From positions 1,476,445 through 1,540,444 of the forward strand of contig NW_002060957.1 of NCBI RefSeq assembly GCF_000150275.1: a DNA stretch of 64,000 bases. The letters are read 5' to 3'. The notes under the pieces were generated by a model. It did no database searches and was not told where the DNA came from. It saw only the letters and a list, made by a program, of their open reading frames with translations. Source of the DNA: Trichoplax adhaerens. Its lineage: Eukaryota; Animalia; Placozoa. How positions within the stretch are numbered: position 1 is the first letter of the stretch; each line of letters starts with the position of its first letter. The position numbers and the translations under genes are program-made. Shown one piece after another: positions 45,501 through 60,500 of this stretch.

Positions 45501-48500
45501 TCCAATAAGTCATTATGGTAGCTGTCCAAAATTTCTATCGATTGCAGATACTAATCAAGTTTATGTCATTTTAAAAATAACTGGTGCAAATGGGAATTAT
45601 AGAGCATTATCGCGTAATAAAATCAGTGTCTTCAATCAAACCTATCTGCCCGAATTCAGGAAATTAAAGATTCTGTTAGTATAATTATTAATTCTCAGAA
45701 CGTGATTCTGCACAACTTAATATAGTAAGAAATGTAATTCGGTTTAAAGTCGGTATTATTGTATTCTTATGTAGAAATATGCGAAGAACTCATATCGCAA
45801 GAATATTGCCAGCAAATAAGCCCATGATGGCAATACAACAAGTGTACGTATTTATTTGAATTGTAATGTATAATATGATAAGAACAGGCTTCTAAACTAA
45901 TTTACTATCGATTACGGCAATTAATTGCTTTTTTCCCTCAAAAAGTAGAAATTAGTATCGGTTACAAACCAGCTTTGTGACAAGATTTACGTAAAGAGAA
46001 TTTTCGAAATTTCTAAAATTTACGGGACTCAGTCTTCCTTAAATAATTACAAGAACTTAGACCCCTTCCTTCTATGTCACAATACCAAAGAATTGATTCA
46101 ATTCAATAATCTGCTGACCTTATATGCCTTTCAGCAGTAGCTAAAATTAATGAATCATCTTACTATAATAATTATCAATATGGGTACCAACTGAGTGATT
46201 TTACACAGTCGGATTACAGTACAGTATATCCATTCATAGTCATTTCAGCACTCCTACAATCTACTATTAGTAAAAACTAGTGCAAACTCCCGTCGCTTTG
46301 CAGACGGTTTACGATAATGTGCTCATTTAACAGATAGTATTACCATTTGATAGACCTGTCAGAGGTTCAGTAACTTTTTACCGTGTATTTCAACTTCAGT
46401 GGTTCATGCGTGAGTAACTAATTGTAATCATCATATGCAAATGTTAAATTCGCTAAATTTAGCCATTTAACTCTTCATGGTACGAACGTGTAAGAATCCC
46501 TTTTTAGCTTGAGATTCATATTCCGACGTAATTTATAATACTGGAGTTATATTCCTGCATGGGTATACCTGATTTAGCGAGTTTACTCATTGATTAATAA
46601 GTGAATAAACCAAAGTTGCTCAATAGTAGTATTAGAACATGCAGTATATGATAGCGTTTTAGTTTAAAGTCAGCGAATAATTTGCTATGATTAACCAAAG
46701 TAGTTTCGAACACTTACAGATCTTTAAATAAGATATTTTATCGAATTATTGTTTTCAAATATAGATTTTGCTCACTAGATTATTTGCTACCTTACTAAAG
46801 TTGTCCCAGTGTCCAACTGTAAACAATTTCGAAGTTAATCGAAAATACAATTTCAGATACCTTGGTCTCAACTATTTGGTCAATCTTACAATTAACTCAC
46901 TTTCAGTATTCGCAAACGCAAGTCGCATGTAAGCATAGTCTTTAAAGCAGTAGAATTATCTACCCATAGTATAAGGCAATAAATAATCTTAAGAATTTCA
47001 CTACGTTTATACCCACTTACTAAAGCAATTACACCATTTGATTCAATTGTTACTGGTTTATAAGTACTCCTAAAGCATGTCTTTATTCTCTTAATTTAAA
47101 TGGCTCACTTTCCAATAGCTCATTATATATGGCCAATATTAATGATAACAGTGCAGCAGCTTTAACAAAACTAAAGAAAATCCAGGATCTGTAAGAATTA
47201 ATGAATTAAATTAATAATCAATATATTTAATGATGAATTGTTGTTCCTAAATCTTAACCACCAGATCCCACAGCTACAGCAGTAAATAAATAGCATTCCT
47301 TCTTAGTTAGAATATTGATCACAAATAATTTATAGACGATTGGATTTTAATCACATATCTAAGGACTTCAACTTTAGCGCTAATCAAAATTTATTAAAGC
47401 TGTAAGCATATATTTATCTAGTATGATTCAAAATTAAATTGAAATATTTGTACCAAGTATATCTATCGATATTTTAATATCGAAATGATCTGTTTATATT
47501 TTTAGCAATCTAAGTCATCAAAATTTAGAGAGCTTAAGTGATGAAAAATTTAAGGGTCTCGTTAAATTAAGAACACTGTAAGTGCAGCAATTGAACCAAA
47601 TCTCATTATTTGTATAACTATTTACAAGATCTGCGAAAAATTTTCTTATATAATTTGATTATTATTCTGGCTTTACGACGTATTATTCATCCAACTCTAG
47701 AGATGTTACATCAAACTATGTCAGCTTTATCAGTAAAACTATTTTTACAAACTTTCCTTCCTTAGTCGAAGTGTAAGCAATTTTGAATTTTAAGTAATCG
47801 TTTATAATTCGTTGTTGCTATAATTAGTCAATAAATTAAAAGTATTTATTCCATTTTCCTATAAATTAAGGATATTCGACTACAACATTATATCAAATAT
47901 TGAGTCCGGAAGCTTCAGTAATCTGACCAGACTCTACAAAATGTGAGCTTATTCTGCATTTATAATATTTTAGTAATGTGGAAAAGATGAAAACGAATAA
48001 TAAAACCATATCGGGAAGTTAGAATTTCTTCATTTAATGCACTAATACATCTTCTAAGATAAGATATTCTGCTACAGATCATATNNNNNNNNNNNNNNNN
48101 NNNNNNNNNNNNNNNNNNNNNNNNNNNNNNNNNNACAAATATAGTTTAATAATACTGTGTTCTAATAAAATACATATATAAACTTTTGATAGTAATTATC
48201 CTATTTGCAGATGTTATATTAGAAGAATTTTACTGTCAAGTGCAATAAATATATTAATGCCGGCACTTTTAGCAAACATATTATATTTACGATGAACGTA
48301 TATATAAATCATCTATGAAACAGGCATTTGGCTAGTAACACCATCGCAGAAATTCACGAAGATTCCTTTAGTGAAATGAGTTATTTGGAAGAATTGTAAA
48401 CTTACTAAAATTTAGCAGTTTTCAGAAGACTAAGTTGCAATTGATAAACTCAGATTCTACATTATAGGAATTTAAACGATAATATCCTTAGCTCCTTACC

Positions 48501-51500
48501 TCTTCGTTTATTTATATCACTTAAGAATTTGAAAATTCTGTAAGTATTGAATCATTGATCTTATAAAACAAATACATTAGTTGCTTATGAAATAATCATG
48601 CTATTCTATTAGTTTAATCTATCTGAGAGTATTTAGAATCATATCTTTAAAGTAAATGATATAGCACCAAATTATATTTCATGAGGATTTTCTCATTACG
48701 TTATGATAAATTCAGCAGTAGTTTCAAACTTATCGAAAATTCTGTATTCTATTTAGAGTATCGCATTTTAAGAAAAATATGGCAATGGCCAATAAAGAAT
48801 CTGACTATTAGCCAGTAGTTCTAGTCTGCAAAAACTACATAAAATACGTCATGATAAAATTAATAGCAGGCCTTATCCTATAAATATAAGAATTTATGGC
48901 AATACTGAAGTAGCTTTGACAATTTTTATTCATTAGCTGAACAATTTTACAGCTTATTATGCTTCATTATTTAAATCTTAGAAAATAAAATTTTCAGCTT
49001 AAAAACGATCCAATCATACTATCCTCTTAATAATCAGATCTTGTCTAGATAAATATAATCTGAATGATTAGTACTTAGTTATATGTAACATCTAAATCAA
49101 TATTTGTTCTTAATATTAGTCATTTGTCTGGTAATGATCTAATTCAAATCAGCCTGCAAGTATTTGGCTCAATTAGCTTACTATCATACTTGTAAGTTAC
49201 ACAATGAATTGAGAAACACATCATTAATACAGTTAGTTATCGCTTTTTAATACTACTATAAGATACGTGAATATAAATACTGTTCTTAAAATTAAATCAT
49301 TCTAAACAAATACGTAAATAAACTTGCAAATGAAGGTCAAAACTAGAAAATCATTTCAAGTAATATAAACCACGAAATTTACTTTGTATATTAGTATTCG
49401 AATACTTCGAAAGCAAATTTAGCATTAAGAGATTTTATCTGTAATAAATCTCTGATAGATAGCTTTTAGTATAACTATTTAGGATAAAAGCTGATGTTCA
49501 ATTAAATCTACCGGGTATGCATCTGAATTCTCGTACATTAATTTAGAGATCTATCTGGAAATGGACTGACTACCGTAAAGTCATCCGGAATGGAAGATAC
49601 GTCAGATTTATTTAAAAATCTAGAAAAAATGTGGGTAAATCGATGATGGTACCTAGCGCAAGTGTATTAATCAAAACTGCTTAATTTTATTTTGACCATT
49701 GTTTGACAGCTATTGTTCATGACTATTTAATTTAAATCAGTAATTTAAGTGTGAACAAACTAAAACCTTCAACGTTGATGCTGTTGCATTTCAACAATTT
49801 ACGTCATCTGAGGGAAATGTTAGTAACAAAGAAGATTTTCTTAATCAAATATATCGATTTAACTAAAAAAAAATTACCATCAAATTGTTAGAATAAAAGC
49901 ATTTCAAATTGATTCAAAGCATATAAAGTTATCGAGTTCTCTTATTATTAGAGCATATGAAAAAAATGGTCTTCAAAGCATTGATGATTTATCTGGATTT
50001 ATCTATCTTCGACGTTTGTTAGTAGTTGAATCAATTAATCTTGCCATATCATTTTCTAGAGTCCTTACACAGTTATCATGAATATCTTTCAACATTATCA
50101 AGGAACATGAATATTATAATATCCTATTTAGGTCATTCAGGAATAACTATTTAACCAAATTCCGTCCGAAATTTACTGAAAAATTATCTAAATTGCAATT
50201 ACTGTATGTATAACTTGAGACAGCTGTATATTTTGATAGCAACGATTTGCAATATTTTAAATGATTAATTTGGTGAAGAGATATTTATGTAAGCGCGCTT
50301 ATAAATTGGTAGTATATAACAGTTTATTAGTTTCCTTACATTTACTACAAATAATTAAAAAACAGCCTATCCATACACTCAAAAAATATTTAATTTTTAC
50401 TCTAAAAGTACCTAGCAGAATCACAATAGTCCATTTCTGATTGCACAGTTTGGCATAGCTGATAGTAGCTGCTTAAGCAATACTAAATAGTGACATTTAA
50501 ATCTTAATGACACTATAAATAGGCTTCTTTAAGCTTCTCAATATTGAATTAGTTTAAAATAAAGGAAATATCTAAAAATTGTAGTATTATAACGATATCA
50601 TTTCATATTATTTCTTAACGAAATCGGGATATTTTTCAGCACGGTTTCGAACTTTTCATAGAACGAAACTAACGAAAATATATATTTAATGATGTAATGT
50701 AACTTAGTATTGTGATTGTAGACTGTTAGCCATGTGTAGTATAATGTACGGTAGATATTTATCCTAAGAGATATTTGTTAGCTGTAACTATAGACTGTAG
50801 TGGTAGAGACTCTATGCTAGAGTACAGATGACTATATACAGTAAGGTGTTGAGTTACTAATATGGCTATAGGTAAAAATAGAACAGTAAATCATATATTA
50901 GGATATGGTTAATTCATTGTACTTTGGCTGGTGTGAATAATGTCTACGTAAGTACTGTAGTCGTATCCATATTGGATTAATGATGGTCCGCAGTAGAATA
51001 GTCTTACTAAGAATAATTTAACTATGTGTAAAATAAGGTAAAAGGTTGCCATGCGGATTGTAGCTGCGAATGCTACGAAAAGTATAAAAGCATGCAACTT
51101 TAGATTATTCTGTTAGTTCGTTCTAGAAGTCTTTAGAAGTAGTATTCGGCTAGAGTAGAGCTGTGTAGTTAATCTTTGCATAAGATTGAATAAAGCCCTT
51201 ATTTTTCTAAAATTTGGAACTTCGTGATTGGTATATATCACAAATGACTATACTGCTATCGTATTTTTGAATACTTTGGCGAAATGGTTTCGAACTAGTT
51301 AGTTTAATGTATTTAACAGGTAGTAGCTGTAATCGATCATTTAATTTCTTTAAAAAGATCTTGAATATCTATTGCCTTAGAGATTTGTCATGCAATGGGA
51401 TAACCAATTTTGATTGGAAGGTGCTTCATTATATGCCTAATTTGAAACAAGTGTAAGCAAAAACAGATCGATCAATTTTAAATCCTAAAGACTACATGAG

Positions 51501-54500
51501 TATCTCCTTGTGCGGGTATCCGTAATAGTAGTTTAATACTTATAATGCTTACGATATGATTCTAAAATTAACCTGTATTATAACTGTAAACTTACCGAAA
51601 TATTTAAAACGTGTTAGCAATTTAGAATTTAACTATTTAATAAAGCTCCATCGAGACTTCAAAGTTGAAGAGTTCCGGTTACAGATACTGTAAGGAAACC
51701 ATATTCCATGCTAATGCCTTAGAAATTAAATACTGTATGTTCAATTCGATTATTAACAGAACATTTAAATCATACTACTATCATCGACCAAATTTTAACC
51801 CATACAGCTCAATCAAAGCCAACTACATTACCGAAATCGAAGATAATTTCTTTTCTATATTCGTTGGCCTAAAAACTCTGTAAATACGTATTGATAAATC
51901 AATTTTTCTGTGACTATAAATTTATATAACTATAAAATACTTTATATCCTGTTAAATACTAATTTGATACTATTTGCAACTGTTTCACGCTACAAATACT
52001 GGACATTAGATATCAGTGAGAATTTGCTTGCATACGAAATTTAAATTCATGCTACTAGGCTAGAATCATGTCTTAAATACAGGAGCTTTGTGCGAAAAGG
52101 CTTGTTTTCTGTAATGTCTATTTAAGACCACTCAGCTGACTTTAGCGTCACAATTAATTATAGAAAGTTACAAATAACCTACTGCAAATAAGCCATGCTT
52201 CCTGCTAAGACTCGTTGCCAAGTACGATAGATACTTAGCAAAAATTGAAATGTAGATATCATTAGAACCTATTACGGATCAAATCTACAACCGTTCTTAC
52301 AGATTATATTTAAAATTCAACGATCTTAGAAGAGCGGTACATTAAACAATGAAATAATGGATATAGTTATAATTTGTATATATTTTACACTATAGTATTC
52401 TAGCTCCTTTATCTACACGTAAATAACACTCATTCAAATCTTTGATCTGGAAATATAGTTAATGAAATATATGGTAGTAAACCCCAGATGTGTACAGGGA
52501 GCTACTACTGATATAAAACTAATCGAAACTAACCTTTAAATTTCCAGTGATCTAAGTGCTAATCGTATCAAGGTCTTACCAGGATACCTATGTAATGACA
52601 CGCTACTTTCAAAGCTGTAAGGTTGAATGTGGTAATGCGATAAGATCTATCATTAATTAATTACATTGTGGTTAAATTATATTGTTAGCGACCTCAGCCG
52701 TAACAGAATTGGACGAATAAAGCCGTCAGTTTTATCAGAATGCTATCTGGTGGTATCACTGTAAGTAATTCTTAACGATAACATTTATAATATAGAAATA
52801 GTAAAACGGTAAAAACAATAATAATTCTAATGACAATTATTTCTCAGTTAACTTTCTCCACGTAATATAGATATCACGACAAAATTAATGATACCTAATG
52901 CTAACAAACGAAACCTTTGTATATTAATTTTTGCTCGTCTTAAGATCAGATTATCTGATTAAGCTTAGCTATTCTTTCCGTGATGAAATAACGATATTGT
53001 GTGTTTGAGTCTCTGCTTGCAGATGTTGTAACTTAGATTAAGCAAAGTGTAAGTTGATGACGAAACTCAATGCAAAAGATTTAGTTTCTTTTCGTAACTT
53101 ACTTAATAATACTTATCAAATAACAGTATTGGCCAGTACTAAACAATTGGTAATGCAATAGCAGCGAATTAAGCTATGCAAAATTGTGCACATATTTATG
53201 CATATTTCATCTCTGCATTGTATGTACTATGTTTCATACTTATAATATATTTCTTTTTCTTTTGTGTCTTCATCTGTATTTAGAAATTTGACAGAAAATC
53301 AAATACATCTGTTAGCAAGTAACACATTCAGAAACATGATCTCCTTGAAATATCTGTAGGATAAGAGTTTAATAAATGTTGTCTGAAATGAGCAGTAATT
53401 TTAAAAACTTAAAGAAAAAATAGATCATCATCACATATCGCTAGTACTCCAAATATTTATAGACGCAATAGCAATAATGGACGTGCAATTATTGAACTAG
53501 TAATGGTTAAAATTTCAACTTAAGCTCGGTTAGGAAAAACTAAATTATTGAAGCAGTACCAGTAAATTTCAAAAAAAATCTGAAGACTTTTAGAAAGAGC
53601 AGAAGTTCTACCTTAATTAAGTAAAACATCAAATAAATAGGACTTAGTCATGATTTTAGAAATTTCCCACTCGTTTCTTGTTAGCTCGTTAATTTGAATT
53701 AACTACTGATCTACATCACCTTTATATGCAGAGCATTTGGTAATACCAGACTATCGACTTATTATTCTTTACTATTCCAATTCAGACTTGACATTAATCA
53801 TATGATATTGTAAATTTTACTCTAGATTCTAAAACTAATATATTATTAGCAATAATCATAATTTAATGGCTAGTTATGTCTTTCTACCGTATATAACATA
53901 TAACAAAAAATACCAAGACAAACCGGCAATTTTTGAATTAGAAACTTTATCTACAGATCCAGGTTTAGACTACATTAAAATTTCATTAAAATATAAAATG
54001 TTGAAGAAGATGTATAAAATTAGCGTTTACAACAAAATGTGCTTAAAAAATTATCGTCTAAGAAAATATAACTACGGTGCAAGCATTAGATGCATATGTC
54101 TCTGTTTCTAGTTTTAGGTTGATTTATTGTCCGAAATTCTATCGAAATTGAGTTTTAGTACATGAGAATCTTTATTTGCTTTATTTGCAGTCACATTAGA
54201 GAAACTGCAGTACCTTATATGTGATCATAACGTTATTAAACGAGTAAATTGTTATTTCTGAGATAAACATATTAAGTAATGAATAACACCATATTTCAAC
54301 CGTGATATTTATTACTCTACGTTCTATAATGATAATTTTATCAATGATTTAGATACTTAAACAACAATAAGATCAATCATATCAGCACTCATACATTTCC
54401 TTTTCCTTCAGCCATACTAATCATGTACGTAAAATTTATCCATGATATCGTAGGTCAAAATTTGTAATTACGGTAGTTACCATTTTGCCAATAGTCTCCT

Positions 54501-57500
54501 ACTATAATTTGACTACTTAAATTTCTTTATCTAATAGTTACGCTACAAATGATATTAAATTACAATCAGTTCACTAATGCAATTATTTTGTGATTAGGCA
54601 CTTAGGAAATAACGGAATTACTAGTATATCTAAGGACACTTTTGCTGGCTCATCCATTTTAAAATCATTGTAAGCAATTGAAGTGTTTTGGCAGCATACC
54701 AGAAATTTAGCTCACAGACCATCCAATAGAAACAGGACTGAACTTTTTTGAACATCTATAGATATTTAAATAAGAATAATTTGGCTGGCATACCGGTTGA
54801 ATTTATCAACAGAAATCCTTACCTTATGATATTGTAAGATATGTATAAAATATGCTTCCGAAAATGACGAGATATGAGTTTGCATATTTACTCCAAACCC
54901 TAAAATTATTTTCTTAATGGTTGCAAGGACTAAAACGTACCATACTCTATTTCGAAAATCTATCAAACCCTAAAATTGTTTTCTTCATTACAGCTAGGAC
55001 TTACAATTTTTTTATCCTATTTCAAAATCATTCTCAGTAGTACACTTACAGTTACAAATACTAATTCTTTGGAGAAAGTCAAATTTAGTGATAGTAGTAT
55101 TAAATAGCTGACGATATTGTACCTTAATAAAATAAAAAATATCAATACCAGATAAAAGCTAATTGCTATCATCTATGAAAAGAACATCATGCATATAGAA
55201 TACAGAACAGGATTTCGAGCAATATAAAAATAGTTGCTTTATGCGCTAAACGATATGGTTTAATATCAACGAAAGATTAGCAAAAGCAATATTTTTGCGA
55301 ACGTGTTTTTGCATTACGTAATCTTTACCAAACGAAGTCGTATTTAAAATTAAAGAAGAATTTGTAGCAGCTAAAGCTATAGCAAACCAATTCTAATGAT
55401 ACAATGAATTTACTGTAGCCTTGCAATAGCTTTAAAAGCGATAATTACTAAGGAAGTTAAAAATCAAGAACTATCTCAACCATAAAATATTAATTATTCT
55501 ACCCCGTGGCTGAACTTTGAAAATCTCTAATTTCTCCACTATCTGTATCCATTAAAGTATTTCTTTCGGTTTTATTACTTATGTTGATTTAGTGATACTT
55601 CTATTTTTTATTGATTAAAATATGAACTAGAAATCTGTCTGAAAATAGAATTCAAGAAATCCCTGATCATATCTTCCGAGATCCTATCAATTTGAGACAC
55701 TTGTAAGTCAAAACGTTCATACGAACGACGCGCAAATCTTTTAGATTAGAAATTTCTCCTAGAATCCTCACCTACGCAATTTCTGCAATATTTAGACGGA
55801 TAATGAATGAATAATTACCTCTAACTCATTAATATGCAATTGTGAGAATTAAGTACTATATCCTATAGAAAGCTTAAATAAAACAAATGATATATAATTT
55901 TGAGGTTGATATAATATAATTCTAATATTCTGTAAAATGGTCGATTAGCCTGTGTAGTATTTTCACTTATTTACAGTAGCTTGGTATATTGTAAGTATGA
56001 ATTAATGCGAAGTAAATACTAAATAACGTAAAATAGTCGGTATGCCATATAAACTATAAAATTAATAAGATATTAAGCCGTGAAAAATAAACTTATGTGG
56101 CCTTATCTTACATTAACCTATATCACAGTGAAACATAACTTAGGAATACTTAAGTATCTACCGACTTAAATATTGCTGCTACCTGAAGTAAAATTCACTT
56201 TACTTAGTACAGGAAGATGAAACATTTATAAGCAACTACCTTGTCATTTAAATTGCTCTCGTTCATATTCGTGAATGCGTCTAGCTGGTATGCTTCTGCA
56301 GATTATTCATCGTAATTTACTATGCAAGATTTCTTCCAGTTCAGCATTCGCAACATAACATTTCACTTAATTAAAAATTTTTATCCACTGCTCATCAGTA
56401 ACTTTAGCTGTCTTATTTAGCTATTCTGAATTAGGATATAATCTTGTTGCTTTCAGTGAGCATTAATGGTAGCTACTAAATACGGGAGTTTATAGCATCC
56501 GATCTTAAGTATCAATTCTAGTATGACATTAGCAACAAATCTAGCTTTGCAATTGCGGACTTTGCTATAACTATATATAGCTATGTGAGTGGTAAAAATT
56601 TCACCGTATGAGACTTGCATGTATGCTTTCCTTCAATTAAGAATTGTAAATTTAATATAATGATCACCGAACTTTCATGACATTGATTAATTATTAAAGG
56701 ACTAAAGGTTTAGTAAATGGTTGCGATAATAATATATATCCACCTACATTGGGTGTGATTTCTATGCTTATTATACTTTTAATACATTAAAATGGATTTT
56801 ATTTTATGTATTAGACATTGATAGTATCTTATTTCATAGGTCTTTGGCGTATAATGGAATAAAATCATTTAAAATTCAAGCATTTCAAGATTTAAGATCA
56901 ATTGATTTTTTGTACGGTTAATTACAGGATTCTCATACGAGCAATAATTTTCGATTTTCACAATGTTCTAATATTACCGAACAATATATGCCATTCTTGT
57001 TTTATTCTAAGTTCGTTAGATGGAAATTACAACATACAAGCGTCAAATTATGCAGTATTGGAACTATTCCCTCATCTACGATATCTGTATGAATCCTTAC
57101 ATGATAAGCTATTGAAATTTTCATGATCTCTATAGCCAAATTTTTTAACTATAATTTTACTGTGTTGCATGGCTAAATCGAGCTCTATCTGATTTTAGTA
57201 TTGCTATTATAGAATATTATGACTAATATTATGCGGTTACATAAAATTCTAAGAGTTATCATAGCCTATTTATTACTAATGCGTATTTTAATTATTCCAT
57301 GTCTTTGTCTGTTCTAAAATGACTGTTGATGTTACTAACAATAAGTGAAATACGAGAGTGCAGGTTAAACAGCACAGTTATTATGCAAGAAATCGTTAGA
57401 AGAGCTCCAAACTTGAACAGAATGTAGGTTTGATTTTCAGATAATCTTAATATCTAGAAGAAATATATTTGAAAATCTTTTAATTGATATTCATCAATGA

Positions 57501-60500
57501 TAGAATCCTCTATGCTATCAATTTAGCTTCATTTACGCAATTTTACCGACGTTGTCGTTCCAAGACTTAATCTAAAATAATATTTTTGGAGAATAAAATT
57601 GATTTTAGTGGTCAATAATATAATTGGTAAATACTGTATTTCATATTGCTATAATTACCGCATTGCCTTTACTACTCCAGTATTAGCACCTTCGAAATAT
57701 TCTAGTGCATAATCTCTATGTAATCTAATAGATGAACCTAAGTATTCGATCCCAGCCCTACAGCTCAGCAGCGAATCCTACAAAGGACAATCAGAAAAGC
57801 GAATAACCTATGTTGGGCGATATGCGCCAATTTAAATTAGTTACTACTATTATAGCAAGTACAGTTTTCTCAAAGTTTATGCAAACCCTATAAAATGTTT
57901 ACCAGAAGAACTATAATTCATTATTTTTTTAATTTTCAAACTGTTTCTATAAATTATCCATTTAAATCTTTGATCTAAAATTAGAAAATTTACGTAGGTT
58001 TCGGTCCTTGATATCGATGTTAATTCTTTTAACCGTGAAATAAACTGTTTAGTAATTGAGCAAGTTTAAATTTAGGAATTGATCTAATTTGATCACATTA
58101 CCATTACCGTAAAAAAGTTACATTAGAATTCTAGAGTAAACATCGTCCGTTTTAAATAACATAATTTCACCGTTAAGGCTTTAGTTAAGCTTTAAAATTA
58201 ATTACAAGAAATTAGGTTATTTCATGTCAGCAATATTATTTGGTTATAATAATTTAAAAGTTATCTCGTTCGTAGAATTTTAGATGGCAATAATCTTACT
58301 GGTACTCCTTTACATATACTTAAGATGCTACCCAAACTCGAACAGATGTGAGTCTTCCATCTAAATATCTAATAATTACATCTTCATACTGTAGCCATGC
58401 TGATTTCCTTCTTGAACATTGCCTAGCAGTAGCTTAAGCTACACAAATGTTACGCTTAAAGAAGTGGTTGCTATTCTATCAGAGAATTGGTATTCTGCCA
58501 TGTATGTAAAACTGACGTACTATACATAACATAGTATATATAAAAGTCAAATACTCAAAGATGGGAATAAGGAAATTTCCTACTATTGGAAAAGATACTA
58601 ATGGATGATTATACGTTTCTATCTAAACATTGTAGATCTCTGAAAGGTCTCAAACTTCGTAAGATGCCAGTAATCGTAATAGAATCGATTCCATTTTTTG
58701 GAACTATGTACGAGTAAAGAAAAAATTCGAAAACTTTAAACAGGCTATCACGTATAATACACGTATACCTAAAACTTGTTAAGTTTTCTCTACGTTTAGC
58801 AGTCTTTTTATCTTCTAATTTTTATAGGATGCTTGATAATAATGAAATTGACGAAGTACATATGTCAGATTTATCAGCTTTCAATTATCTGAAATTCTTG
58901 TGAGCAATTCGACTAATCTATATTTTGCTACTAAGTTTGAAGGATATAATAAATGACGCTAAATCGGTTAATTATATTATTCGCTAAGTAAATCCTAAAA
59001 AGTTTAGTTTTTTAGTCTATATTGTTGAGTAAATTAATCATTAAAAGATAAAATTTTATTTTAAAAATATGTTGTACTAATTTAATGAAAATCTAATTTT
59101 GCAGATTTCTCTCCAACAATAGATTAAAAGATTGGGATTACAACACTTTAATCAGACTACCAAATGTTGCAACTTTGTAAGTGTTTCAAGCTTAACATAA
59201 TAATAAAAAAAAGGAAGATTGACTATCATTTTACGACAATTTATTTTAATAGTTCCTAATTACTTTAAAGAATTATTTTCCTTCAACTGTAATATCTGAC
59301 CTAAAATTTACTGCTACAATCATTACTGAGTAATTTTTCGGCTTGCGTATTAAAGGAACAGTGCAGTATATTTATGATGATACAGTTACTTCAATAGATT
59401 TTTTTCAGTATTTAATATTTATTTAATGTTAATAAATATTTACTAATAACACTGTGAACTAGCGATATTCAGCGCGGTAAGTTTCCTCCTAGTGCTGTAT
59501 AGGCATTCATTGCACAAAATATACTGTAGCAATGATATCTTAAATTCTTAAGCATTTACAATCCGAGAATGAAGCAGTTAATATCATAATCAATTTGATT
59601 GCTGTTGCAGAGATTTGTCGCACAATCAAATATATGATATTTGTAATCGTACTAAGCCAAACGTTTCCTTGCGGGTTTTGTAAGTGTACCAATTAATTTA
59701 ATTTGATGTCTATACAATTAAAGTTAATCTTGCTTCATTTATGTTTTGCTACCAATAATGTCAGTAAAATCAGTCTATTCAAATATAATAAGACGGACAC
59801 ATTAAGCCGATATCACTGTATTGAGGTTACCTAGAAGTTGATTGGCCTAACTATGCTTAAGTTCTCAAAAATAGCTTTGACGCGATAATGCATCCTGTAA
59901 TGATTTCATCTAAATTTTAGTAGTACAGTAGATGGCAAATAGAATGAGGTGATGCACTTGTACTGTTTCTAGAATAAGACTGGGATTGTCCAGTTAAGGC
60001 TGTATCTGATAGCCAAATTCATGTTTCTCATTAGGGAATTACTCAATTTTGCTAACTCAAATTTTTGGCTTCATAGGCGAAGCAGCAATAACAGTAGAAG
60101 ACTATTACTCGGTCTTTATACTGCCTTATTTTTTATTCTAATTAATAGATATCTCCATTACAACCGGATTAGCACACTGGACAAATTTTGCTTTTTTGGA
60201 CTACCCTATCTTCAATTAGTGTATGGAATAATTAACGAATTATATTATTAACTTAATTTTCTACGCATTAAAATATTAAATTCTTAGACCTTGATGGATA
60301 TTTAGAACTGTAATAGCTACACAATTTTTTCAAATATTTTGTTAGAAAAAGTTTACAATAATTTCTATGCCATCATTTGTTGTCTTTAGAGAATTCTTTT
60401 AAAGTTTTAGAAGTACGGTATCGTTATTGACCCTATCGAATACTTTATTGAAGATAATATTTAGGATAATTTTATGTATTGCTGTTCTAAAGGTGCCTAG

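Noticed and set aside
54190-54245. LRR-like peptide VTLEKLQYLICDHNVIKR
   Set aside because: Splice phases do not fit the 2-2 array; it may be chance or a decayed exon, so it was not counted.
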